A stretch of DNA of 64,000 bases from positions 27,109 through 91,108 of the forward strand of contig JAJFTD010000027.1 in NCBI GenBank assembly GCA_021373255.1. Direction: 5' to 3'. Below are positions 27,459 to 35,777 of this stretch, piece by piece (position 1 is the stretch's first letter; the number at the start of each line of letters is the position of its first letter). Position numbers and translations under genes: made by a program. The notes below the pieces were generated by a model. It was not told the DNA's origin, did not search any database, and saw nothing but the letters and a program-made list of their open reading frames with translations. Source of the stretch: a bacterium (GTDB lineage Bacteria > Armatimonadota > UBA5829).

Positions 27459-29918
27459 GTGGATACAAAACTTGAGGAGCACAATGGTGAGGCTATTCTC
27501 CTCGAAGGTGAGGGGCTTGGGGATAGGAATATAGCAATCCCTGATGAGCTGAGTCTGCTCCCTATTAAAGATACTGTACTGTTCCCGATGGTGGTGATGC
27601 CGCTCATTGTCTCACGTGAGAGTTCGATGAAGCTGGTTGACGACGCCGTCGTAAGTGATACACGTATAATCGCACTGTCCACGCTTAAAGACCCAAATGT
27701 GGAAGCCCCGCAGATATCCGACATTTACCCAGTCGGTGTCGCGGCGGCAATTCATACGATGCTTCGGCTCCCTGAGCACCAGAGGCTGATCGTTCAGGGC
27801 CTCAAGCGAATTAGGATAGTCGAGCTTATACAATCCGAGCCATATATCCGTGTGAGGGTAGAAGAGATTCCCGACGTTCGCGACTGGACTGATGACGAGG
27901 ATGTCGAGATAGAGGCGCTGCGGCGCAACGTCGGTCAGGCGTTTCAGAAAGTGGTCACGCTGTCGCAGAATCTGCCCGATGAGCTGCAGAATATTGTCAC
28001 CAGTATCGCCAGACCAGGTGTGCTGGCTGACACCATTGCTCTGCATCTGCCCATAGAAATAGCCGAGAAACAGGATTTGCTGGAGACTGAGGGGACACGC
28101 GCGCGCCTGCGCAAGTTGCTCACCATCCTCCTTCGCGAAGTCGAAGTCCTGGAACTGGGCAGCAAGATCCAATCGCAGGTCCATTCAGAGATGGGCAAAA
28201 TGCAGAGGGAGTATTATCTTCGCGAGCAAATGAAAGCCATCCAACGCGAGCTTGGTGAGGGTGATGAACGAACTGCGGAAGTGGAAGAACTGCGCGGCAA
28301 GATCACTGAGTCCAAGATGCCCGAAGAGGCTGAGAAAGAGGCTTTGCGAGAACTGGACCGGCTGAGCCACATGTCGCCCGCTGCGCCTGAATACACAGTC
28401 GCCAGGACGTATATAGACTGGCTCATAAGCCTGCCTTGGGAAACGTACACCATAGACAATCTGGACATCCCCGTGGTCCACAGAATCCTGGATGATGACC
28501 ATTTCGGGCTCGATAAAGTCAAAGACAGGATTTTAGAATACCTATCTGTTCGGAAGTTCAAAGCTGAGGGGGAGATGCGTCACCCGATCCTTTGTTTTGC
28601 AGGACCTCCTGGAGTTGGTAAGACATCACTGGGCAAGTCTATCGCCAGTGCATTGGGGCGGAAGTTTGTGAGGATGAGTCTTGGTGGAATCCGCGACGAA
28701 GCCGAGATCAGAGGCCACAGGCGGACCTACATAGGCGCGCTTCCGGGCCAGATCATCCAGAGTATCAGGCGCTCCGGTTCCCACAACCCCGTGTTTATGC
28801 TCGATGAGATCGACAAGGTCGGTGCGGACTTCCGTGGTGATCCGTCTTCGGCACTGCTTGAGGTGTTGGACCCGGAACAGAACTCGACATTCAGGGATCA
28901 CTATCTTGAGGTGACATTCGATCTTTCCAAGGTCTTATTCATAACGACGGCTAACGTGCTCGACACCATTCTGCCGCCGTTGAGAGACCGAATGGAGATA
29001 CTTGAGATCGCCGGTTATACTGAAGAGGAAAAGCTGGAGATCGCCAAGCGCCACCTGATTCCCAAGCAGCTCAATGAGCACGGCCTTATGAAGACCAAGC
29101 ACATCACGTTTACCAAAGACGGCATCGTTGAGCTGATTCGTGGCTACACGCGTGAGGCCGGAGTGCGAAACCTTGAGCGACAGATCGCTTCGATCTGCCG
29201 TAAGGCCGCGCGCGAGTTTGCTGAGGGGCGTGAGAAACCGGTGAAGGCCAATGCCGCGCAGGTGCATGCATATCTTGGTGTACCCAGATATACTTATGAA
29301 GAGCTGGCGGATAGGACCGACGAGCCGGGTGTTGCCGTAGGGTTGGCGTGGACTCCCACGGGAGGCGATGTGCTGTTTATTGAAGCTACCAGAATGGAGG
29401 GTGGCAAGCAGCTTACCATTACCGGTCAACTTGGCGACGTAATGAAAGAATCTGCCCAAGCGGCTCTCAGTTATGTGCGAAGCCATGCGGATGAACTCGG
29501 CATTGCTGCCGATTTCTACAAGTCATCTGACCTGCATCTGCATGTGCCCGCCGGTGCGATACCCAAGGATGGCCCGTCAGCTGGTGTTACGATGGCCACC
29601 GCGCTTGCATCGTTATTGAGTGGCCGGAAAGTGAAGCCGAGGTTGGCGATGACCGGCGAAATCACTCTTCGCGGGAAAGTATTGCCTGTGGGAGGTCTCA
29701 AAGAAAAGATTCTGGCTGCGCGCAGGGCAGGGGTCGAAACAGTGATCGTGCCCAAGGAAAACCGTAAGGATGTGGAAGAAGATGTGCCGCAGGATGTTCG
29801 GAAAGATTTGAAGATCATCTATGTGGACGATGTCTCTCAGGTTCTCTCAGAAGCTCTTGAACCAAATGGAGCCAGGAAGCATTCCACTCGAAAACATAAG
29901 GCTGCAGCCAGTGTTTGA
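27459..29918 (+). CDS. lon: ATP-dependent Lon protease (LonA)
   Basis: Lon N-domain (LSLLPIKDTVLFPMVVMPLIVSRE). AAA+ Walker A GPPGVGKTSLGKSIA and Walker B VFMLDEID. Protease domain with DGPSAGVTMATALASL and the catalytic Ser/Lys region. The start is a GTG with RBS GATGGAGG. Confidence 0.95.
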   Translation: MDTKLEEHNGEAILLEGEGLGDRNIAIPDELSLLPIKDTVLFPMVVMPLIVSRESSMKLVDDAVVSDTRIIALSTLKDPNVEAPQISDIYPVGVAAAIHTMLRLPEHQRLIVQGLKRIRIVELIQSEPYIRVRVEEIPDVRDWTDDEDVEIEALRRNVGQAFQKVVTLSQNLPDELQNIVTSIARPGVLADTIALHLPIEIAEKQDLLETEGTRARLRKLLTILLREVEVLELGSKIQSQVHSEMGKMQREYYLREQMKAIQRELGEGDERTAEVEELRGKITESKMPEEAEKEALRELDRLSHMSPAAPEYTVARTYIDWLISLPWETYTIDNLDIPVVHRILDDDHFGLDKVKDRILEYLSVRKFKAEGEMRHPILCFAGPPGVGKTSLGKSIASALGRKFVRMSLGGIRDEAEIRGHRRTYIGALPGQIIQSIRRSGSHNPVFMLDEIDKVGADFRGDPSSALLEVLDPEQNSTFRDHYLEVTFDLSKVLFITTANVLDTILPPLRDRMEILEIAGYTEEEKLEIAKRHLIPKQLNEHGLMKTKHITFTKDGIVELIRGYTREAGVRNLERQIASICRKAAREFAEGREKPVKANAAQVHAYLGVPRYTYEELADRTDEPGVAVGLAWTPTGGDVLFIEATRMEGGKQLTITGQLGDVMKESAQAALSYVRSHADELGIAADFYKSSDLHLHVPAGAIPKDGPSAGVTMATALASLLSGRKVKPRLAMTGEITLRGKVLPVGGLKEKILAARRAGVETVIVPKENRKDVEEDVPQDVRKDLKIIYVDDVSQVLSEALEPNGARKHSTRKHKAAASV

Positions 29919-29936
29919 TAAACAATGAATAAAATA

Positions 29937-29963
29937 GCCCGGAGATCACTCTCCGGGCTTTTT
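29937..29963. terminator. Bidirectional intrinsic terminator between lon (+) and the PRTase gene (-)
   Basis: GCCCGGAGA-TCAC-TCTCCGGGC stem followed by TTTTT. It is A-rich on the other side. Confidence 0.7.
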
Positions 29964-30611
29964 CTATCTCCGGTCCTCTGCCTTGAGCAAAGCCAGCACA
30001 TCATCGTCTGTCAGATCACGCCATTGCAAATAAAAATCCGCCACTGCGAATGGCACTGAACTGCTCACTATCTCAAACACACATTCATCGGCTGCCTGCT
30101 CGATTATTGCCGCTGCTGATCTGGATGCTACTGGGGACGCGACAATTACTTTGGAGGCCATCTTTGAACGTGCTGACTTAATCGCTGCCAGCATTGTGTA
30201 ACCGCTGGCGAGCCCGTCGTCAAGTATTATCACTACTCGTCCGGCAAGATCGCTGGGTGGCTTGCCGGACGCGTATAGTTCAGCCCTGCGGATTGCTTCT
30301 TGCTTTTGTTCTTCGATTACCCTGTCTATCTGGGCTTTGGTCAGGCGTAAGCCGTGGAGAATTGCATCGTTGAGTATCACCGACCCATCAGGCGTTACTG
30401 CCCCAAACCCGGCCTCGGGATTTGAGGGGATGGGAAGTTTCCTCACGACCGTGACATTCCACTCCAAATTCAGTTGCTTGGCGATCATTGAGGCAACCGG
30501 CACTCCGCCGCGCGGGATCGCCAGTATGATTGCGCCGCTGTTGTTGTAGTTCGTGAGCTTTTTTGCGAGCCTGCGTCCGGCGTCGATCCTGTCCTCGAAT
30601 ATGGTATTCAT
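29964..30611 (-). CDS. Predicted phosphoribosyltransferase (COG1926-like PRTase domain protein), paralog 1
   Basis: PRTase signature VIILDDGLASGYTML (PRPP-binding loop) and the N-terminal AIPRGGVPVASMIAKQL motif. Confidence 0.75.
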   Translation of the reverse strand: MNTIFEDRIDAGRRLAKKLTNYNNSGAIILAIPRGGVPVASMIAKQLNLEWNVTVVRKLPIPSNPEAGFGAVTPDGSVILNDAILHGLRLTKAQIDRVIEEQKQEAIRRAELYASGKPPSDLAGRVVIILDDGLASGYTMLAAIKSARSKMASKVIVASPVASRSAAAIIEQAADECVFEIVSSSVPFAVADFYLQWRDLTDDDVLALLKAEDRR

Positions 30612-30612
30612 A

Positions 30613-31281
30613 TCACTCCAATTCTCGTTCCCGCGCTTTGTGCAGCAGGTTTATGACCTCATCATCAGAAACCTGCTCAAAGTCGCGATACCAGTATCCG
30701 ACGGCAATAAATGAGGTTGGAGTTTTGAGGCAGACGATTTCGTCAACATATGGCTGCAGAGATTCCAGAGAATCGGGAGGAGCCACCGGGACTGCTAATA
30801 TGATGTGCTGAGCTGCAAGATTTCTTACTGCTATTGCTGCAGCCCGCATTGTATACCCCGTGGCGATCCCGTCATCTACCAGCATAGCCACTCTTCCTGC
30901 CACGCTAGGCGGCTCCGTAGTGCCTCGATACGCCAGCAGCCGCCTATTGATTTCCGTTAGCTGTGTCTCAGCTTCGCGATCCACATATTCCTGGCTTACG
31001 CCCAGCAGCCTTATCGTGCGCTCGTCCAGCATCCGCTCATGATCTCCCCAACTGGCAACCGCCCCGATTGCGAGTTCCGGCTGCATGGGTGCCCGCAGCT
31101 TGCGGGGAACTATCACATCAAGGTCAAACCCCAATCTGTCAGCTATTTCGGAGGCGACAACAACCCCGCCGCGAGGAATAGCGAGCACTATGCAGTCGGA
31201 GTCTTTGTAGCTCTCCAGTGCCCTGGCAAGCTCCTCGCCTGCTTGGCGTCTATTAAAATAAGGCTCGGCTTGTCTGTGCAT
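30613..31281 (-). CDS. Predicted phosphoribosyltransferase (COG1926-like), paralog 2, immediately upstream of paralog 1
   Basis: AIPRGGVVVASEIADRL and VAMLVDDGIATGYTMRAA. Same architecture as its neighbour, with about 35-40% identity by eye. There is a 1-nt gap between the genes. Confidence 0.75.
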   Translation of the reverse strand: MHRQAEPYFNRRQAGEELARALESYKDSDCIVLAIPRGGVVVASEIADRLGFDLDVIVPRKLRAPMQPELAIGAVASWGDHERMLDERTIRLLGVSQEYVDREAETQLTEINRRLLAYRGTTEPPSVAGRVAMLVDDGIATGYTMRAAAIAVRNLAAQHIILAVPVAPPDSLESLQPYVDEIVCLKTPTSFIAVGYWYRDFEQVSDDEVINLLHKARERELE

Positions 31282-31380
31282 GGTGTATCAGGTATACCCC
31301 CATAAGTTGCAAATGATGCTCGTTTTGAATCACAGACATTACCATAATATCTTATCAAAACTAATTGAGACTAATATGAG

Positions 31381-31487
31381 TTAATGTGTGTTCATTATTG
31401 TACCATTATAGCGGGTTGTCAAGAGATAACAGTTGAACTATAATGTGCGTGAATATGTGGTCGCTGTGCCTACTGTTAATGTGCGTT
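31381..31487. promoter_or_regulatory. Three direct repeats of TAATGTG(T/C)G in the AT-rich leader of the histidine kinase gene (candidate regulator binding sites)
   Basis: TTAATGTGTG at 31381, ATAATGTGCG at 31440, and TTAATGTGCG at 31477. A degenerate copy AATATGTGG follows at 31451. Confidence 0.35.
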
Positions 31488-31518
31488 CGACGACGAAATG
31501 CCATTAGGGAGTCTACCC

Positions 31519-33873
31519 ATGACGGCCTTCACTTCATCCAAAACAGTGATAGTTGCGGGTGTCGATCTGAGGATTGTTCGAGTCAACGATAGACTTGTTG
31601 ATGACCCACAATCCAAGGATACTCACGTCTACTCTCTAAAGGGCGTGTCTTTGCTCGATTATATTACTGAACTAGATAGACATGAAGTGGAGCAGATATG
31701 TGCACGCATTCTTGCAGGCGAAATGTTTCCCGGAGGCGCCAGAGTTTGCAGGAGAATTGTTGATAGTCCTGCGTGCTCCTCGGGAAAAGCCGTGATATTG
31801 TTAGGCCCGCATACTGATAGTGAAGGCGCTGTAGATGGAGTCATATTTGCACGATTTTGCCTTGATGAACGCGTTGAGACACCAATGCATGGCCCCGATC
31901 CGGAAACACTATATGATTATGTAGTCAACAACTCCAACGATATGGTGTTTATACTGGACAGCGATGGTACTTTGGAATTTGTGAATCGTCGTGCAGAAGA
32001 ACATCGAGGAGTGCCGTATAGTGATATTGTTGGCCGGCACTTTAGTGAGATATGCTACCCGGACGATATATCCGCCCTTCAACGGATACTGGATAACATT
32101 CAGATTTCGCGAGAGCCTGTGCATAACCTCCGCTTTCGCGTGGTGCTTCCCGATGGTTCGATCAGGCGATTAGTGGCCAATGGCGGGACGGTGAGTGTTA
32201 ATGGTAACGAGAAGTACCTGTGCATTGCCAGAGATATTACTGAGTATATCGAGCTTCGCGAAAAGCTGACGGTCCGCAATAAGGCGCTGGCCGCACTTAC
32301 TGATGTAATCATTTCCCTATCAGATGCAGGACATTCGGATAAAGCGCTGCGACTCGGTTTGAGCAAGATTTTAGATCTATTGGGTTTGCAGCAGGGCGCG
32401 GTCCTCCTTAGCAACACGCGTGGAGTGATGAAACTGAACACACACTGTGGATTCAATGAAATGGCGCTCAGTAATCCTGCGAAAAGGTATTTAATTGAGC
32501 TGGCAAGCTTATGTGCGTCGACAGGAGAGATGATCTTTGTTGATGACACGCTGTGTAATGATCATGGAACCCCGGAACTCCGTCAGGAAGCGTATCGCTT
32601 TGGTATTAGGGCATCGGTTTATGTGCCTTTGAAGCGTGGCGAGACTGTGAATGCGGTCCTTGCTCTGGGGGTGCCGCCATCCACTGAGCTGAGCGTTGAG
32701 CAGATGGAGTTTGTGAGGCTCGCGGTGGGTGTGCTTGGGCCTGCTGTCGAAAATGCTCGGCTCCACGTTGACCTCACCCATCAAGTTCAAGACTTGGCGA
32801 TGCTGGATGAGCTCATGAAATCCGTTAACGCGAGAAAAGACGTTCGCAGCATACTGGAGTCTTGCGTTAAGCAATTATCCGATGTGATAGAGGATGGTGT
32901 CGCAGTTATTGTGCTGTTCGGGGTTGATGGTAGTGTAGATGTGTTCCAATACCCGAAAGTCTGTCCGATGGCACACATTGACCTTGCAAGGCTGTCACTT
33001 GGGGTGATGGAACGCTTTATGGCAATGGCCAGCCCGCACATTGTTGACGACTACTCTGAGATGCCTATGAACCATCCTTTAAGTGATCAAATGGTTGCCA
33101 ATGGTTCAGGTGTGGTTTTGCCGCTCAAGTGTCTTGAAGGGCTGCGTGGGACACTTATGGTCTGGTCACCCGAAACCGGCAGGTTCGGCAAGCGGGAATC
33201 TCAGGTTTTGGAGTCGGTGGCGGAGCATGTGGTAATCGCGTTAACCAACGCTCGGCTTCATGAAGCTGAGAGAGCTCGGTCTCTGGAGATGGAAGCGATC
33301 GCGAAAGAGGCCCATCATCGCATCAAAAATAATCTCCAAGCCATTTTAGGCCTGCTTGCAATTGGTGAGATGGAAGGAGAATCAGCAATTGCAAGATGCA
33401 GGCGCCAGTTGAAGGCGGTTGCAGCAGTGCATGATATGCTGGTAGTAAAAGAATGCGGATCAGCAGATATATCATTAAGCGAATGCCTTGCAAAGGTGGC
33501 AGAACAGGCGCTTCTGGCTACGGGGTGGGGGAACACTGTGGAACTGACTGTCGAAAGTGACGGCCTAACCATTCGTCCTGACGCTGCAACAGCCGTAGGT
33601 ATTATCGTAAATGAGTTTGTATGCAATGCAGTGGAGCACGGGCTAGGTGAATGTGTTGTGAATGGTAAAATAGCTATTCGCGCATATCGTGAGGGCTCCA
33701 AGATATTGATAGAGGTTGTGGACAACGGAGTTGGATTCCCGCCAGGATTTGAAGTGCCGGAGAGGGCGGACAGCGGACTTGGGCTCGCAGCTTCACTGGC
33801 AACGTACGGACTTGGTGGTCGCCTGGAGCTTGAACGTGTCGACGATAAGACAATCGCCCGCATTACGTTTTAG
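31519..33873 (+). CDS. Multi-sensor signal-transduction histidine kinase (PAS plus two GAF domains, HisKA_2/HWE-type kinase core)
   Basis: PAS region (VNNSNDMVFILDSDGTLEFVNRRAEEH...). GAF-like regions. H-box EAHHRIKNNLQAIL (HisKA_2 type). HATPase_c with G-boxes (VVDNGVGFP...SGLGL). RBS AGGGAG sits 7 nt before the ATG at 31519. Confidence 0.85.
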   Translation: MTAFTSSKTVIVAGVDLRIVRVNDRLVDDPQSKDTHVYSLKGVSLLDYITELDRHEVEQICARILAGEMFPGGARVCRRIVDSPACSSGKAVILLGPHTDSEGAVDGVIFARFCLDERVETPMHGPDPETLYDYVVNNSNDMVFILDSDGTLEFVNRRAEEHRGVPYSDIVGRHFSEICYPDDISALQRILDNIQISREPVHNLRFRVVLPDGSIRRLVANGGTVSVNGNEKYLCIARDITEYIELREKLTVRNKALAALTDVIISLSDAGHSDKALRLGLSKILDLLGLQQGAVLLSNTRGVMKLNTHCGFNEMALSNPAKRYLIELASLCASTGEMIFVDDTLCNDHGTPELRQEAYRFGIRASVYVPLKRGETVNAVLALGVPPSTELSVEQMEFVRLAVGVLGPAVENARLHVDLTHQVQDLAMLDELMKSVNARKDVRSILESCVKQLSDVIEDGVAVIVLFGVDGSVDVFQYPKVCPMAHIDLARLSLGVMERFMAMASPHIVDDYSEMPMNHPLSDQMVANGSGVVLPLKCLEGLRGTLMVWSPETGRFGKRESQVLESVAEHVVIALTNARLHEAERARSLEMEAIAKEAHHRIKNNLQAILGLLAIGEMEGESAIARCRRQLKAVAAVHDMLVVKECGSADISLSECLAKVAEQALLATGWGNTVELTVESDGLTIRPDAATAVGIIVNEFVCNAVEHGLGECVVNGKIAIRAYREGSKILIEVVDNGVGFPPGFEVPERADSGLGLAASLATYGLGGRLELERVDDKTIARITF

Positions 33874-33913
33874 AACAAGCGAGAGATCTTTTAATCGCAA
33901 AAAGGACAAAGAG

Positions 33914-33946
33914 ATAACGCATGTTGCTTCGGACTGCGGAGCTGCC
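33914..33946. repeat. REP-like element copy TTGCTTCGGACTGCGGAGCTGCCGAAGCC, followed by a second GC-rich mini-hairpin
   Basis: Nearly identical (1 mismatch) to 59909-59941. Its inverted copy is at 60029-60063. Confidence 0.5.
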
Positions 33947-34039
33947 GAAGCCGCCGGGCGCGCCATCATCTCAACGATTCAATTGTATAGAATCACAGCA
34001 GTTAATAACGCGTACCAAAAATAGGGAGCGTGGGTCAAT

Positions 34040-34654
34040 TTGGGTTACAGAGTCCTAGTAGTAGAAGACGATCCGGTAGTGGCAGTTGGTATTGTGTCGA
34101 TTCTCCAGGAGGCTGGTCATGAAGTTACTGGTGTGGCGAGAAGTGGCGAAGAGGCTTTGGAGATATCGGCGAGCAATTCTCCAGAGATAGCGCTGGTTGA
34201 TGTGAAGCTGCCTGGTATGGACGGCATCAAGACTACGCGGAAGTTGGTCGAGCAGGGCAGCCCGGCGGTCATTATGCTGACTGCATATGCCGACAAGAAT
34301 TTGGTCGAGGGTGCGGCTCAGGCAGGAGCGTTTACTTATCTGCTCAAACCTGCTGATAAAGAGACGTTACTCGCCAATCTGGAGATTGCTACAGCCAGGT
34401 GGTCGGAGTTTGCTGAACTGCGAAAGGAAGCAGAAGACACCCGGACGGCGTTAGAGACGAGAAAGCTGTCGGAACGTGCAAAGCACGTAATGATGGAGCG
34501 GTTGTCCTGGAGTGAAGAGACCGCATTTGCACACATGCGCCATAAGTGCAGGAATCAGAACAAGACAATGCATCAGGTGGCTGAAGAGATTATCGCTGCT
34601 GATGAAGCCTTTATGGGGGTTATAGACAAAGACCCTCCAAAGAAAGATAAATAG
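34040..34654 (+). CDS. ANTAR-domain response regulator (REC + ANTAR, AmiR/NasT-type antiterminator)
   Basis: REC domain with the phospho-acceptor motif (VLVVEDD...IALVDVKLPGMDG). The C-terminal ANTAR motif is LETRKLSERAKHVMMERLSWSEETAFAHMRHKCRNQNKTMHQVAEEII. TTG start with RBS AGGGAG. Confidence 0.85.
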   Translation: MGYRVLVVEDDPVVAVGIVSILQEAGHEVTGVARSGEEALEISASNSPEIALVDVKLPGMDGIKTTRKLVEQGSPAVIMLTAYADKNLVEGAAQAGAFTYLLKPADKETLLANLEIATARWSEFAELRKEAEDTRTALETRKLSERAKHVMMERLSWSEETAFAHMRHKCRNQNKTMHQVAEEIIAADEAFMGVIDKDPPKKDK

Positions 34655-34658
34655 GATT

Positions 34659-34698
34659 GCGCCGCATTCCGGGAGAGACGGAATGCGGCGCTTTTGTT
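34659..34698. terminator. Intrinsic terminator after the ANTAR regulator gene (bidirectional context)
   Basis: 13-bp stem GCGCCGCATTCCG/CGGAATGCGGCGC with loop GGAGAGA, then TTTTGTT. Confidence 0.75.
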
Positions 34699-34747
34699 GG
34701 GAGAGGACAGAAACCGATTCACCCGAAACCTCATTATTAATACGGGT

Positions 34748-34975
34748 TTACTCGGTTGCATTTGCCAGTTTTGCTGGCGATAGTACGCGGCGCAGGTGTT
34801 CTTTGTATGCCTGCGGCTGTGTTGCCAGGCCGGCATCTACCGTTCTGGGATAGCTGATTTGGCCGCACACCTGGCAGTAGTAAGATCGTGCCCCGCTTGC
34901 TTCCGGCACGAGCTTTGCGAATTCCCTGCAATGAGGGTTTTCGCAGCTAACCACGTCAACTAAAGTGATCAGCAT
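34748..34975 (-). CDS. Small zinc-ribbon-like protein of about 75 aa with CxxxxC...CxxC
   Basis: MLITLVDVVSCENPHCREFAKLVPEASGARSYYCQVCGQISYPRTV. RBS GAGGAG sits 9 nt upstream. No recognisable family. Confidence 0.35.
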   Translation of the reverse strand: MLITLVDVVSCENPHCREFAKLVPEASGARSYYCQVCGQISYPRTVDAGLATQPQAYKEHLRRVLSPAKLANATE

Positions 34976-35139
34976 GATAACCAACTCCTCATTTTAGTTG
35001 TTCCGCAGGAGGCAGGGTGGGGATGCTGTGAGACCTACCGGTTTCACGGAATTTTCCATTGACATAGCAGGCGTGCTCTGTTAAACTACAAGTCCACAGT
35101 TGTGGTGAATAGTTCAGCCCAGGAGGTAGGAAGACCAGG

Positions 35140-35577
35140 ATGTCTATCGGAGTTGATTCCATAACCACAGTCTCTGTCAAGAGTTGCCCGGACTACCTTT
35201 CTCACCTCAGGCTCATTATGTCCTGTGTGGCCGACAGTGTCGGGATGGACCAGCAGGAGGCTGATGAAGCAAGGCTGGCTGTTACCGAAGCCTGCGTTAA
35301 TGCAATCAAGCATGGATCACCTCGCGGTTCAGATGATGTTGTAATGATCACCCTCAAAACCTCGGAAGGCACTATCACCGTGGATGTTACAGATAACGGC
35401 TGCCTGGATGAAGACCAGGTGGAAAAGAGCCGGGGTCTTGGTGTGGGGCTTATGAAGAAGCTGGCTGATAGTGTGCAGTTTGTCAAGCACAAGACCGGGC
35501 TTACAGTCAGGTTGACCAAGCGTGCTAAAAATGCTGACCGGGTGGTGGCCTCGCCGTCACAAATGAGCCGCAATTAG
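35140..35577 (+). CDS. Anti-sigma regulatory factor (Ser/Thr protein kinase, RsbW/SpoIIAB-like GHKL ATPase)
   Basis: N-box AVTEACVNAIKHG and G-boxes VTDNGCLD...GLGVGLMKKLADSV. About 145 aa, which is typical for this family. Confidence 0.75.
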   Translation: MSIGVDSITTVSVKSCPDYLSHLRLIMSCVADSVGMDQQEADEARLAVTEACVNAIKHGSPRGSDDVVMITLKTSEGTITVDVTDNGCLDEDQVEKSRGLGVGLMKKLADSVQFVKHKTGLTVRLTKRAKNADRVVASPSQMSRN

Positions 35578-35663
35578 ATTTTGGTTATAATGTATTTCCT
35601 CCTCTGAGCACGGCAGTGCGTCCCCTGTTTTCGGAATAAGTTTACGAAACGCTTCATATACTG

Positions 35664-35692
35664 TTGACTTGCTGAGCATGGGTCACTAGAAT
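35664..35692 (+). promoter_or_regulatory. Promoter TTGACT-17-TAGAAT for the TPR protein gene
   Basis: TTGACT at 35664-35669 and TAGAAT at 35687-35692. Confidence 0.45.
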
Positions 35693-35703
35693 TCTAATAA
35701 GGC

Positions 35704-35727
35704 GTTTCGGGAACTTGTTCCCGAAAC
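35704..35727. promoter_or_regulatory. 24-bp perfect palindrome GTTTCGGGAAC-TT-GTTCCCGAAAC (second copy of the 9124-9147 operator-like element)
   Basis: Identical 11-bp arms with only the central dinucleotide differing (TT versus AA). It lies between the -10 element and the RBS of the downstream gene. Confidence 0.6.
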
Positions 35728-35777
35728 AGAGAACGCGCTATCTCGCTTAAATGATCAGTTTCAACAGGAGTGTCGCT

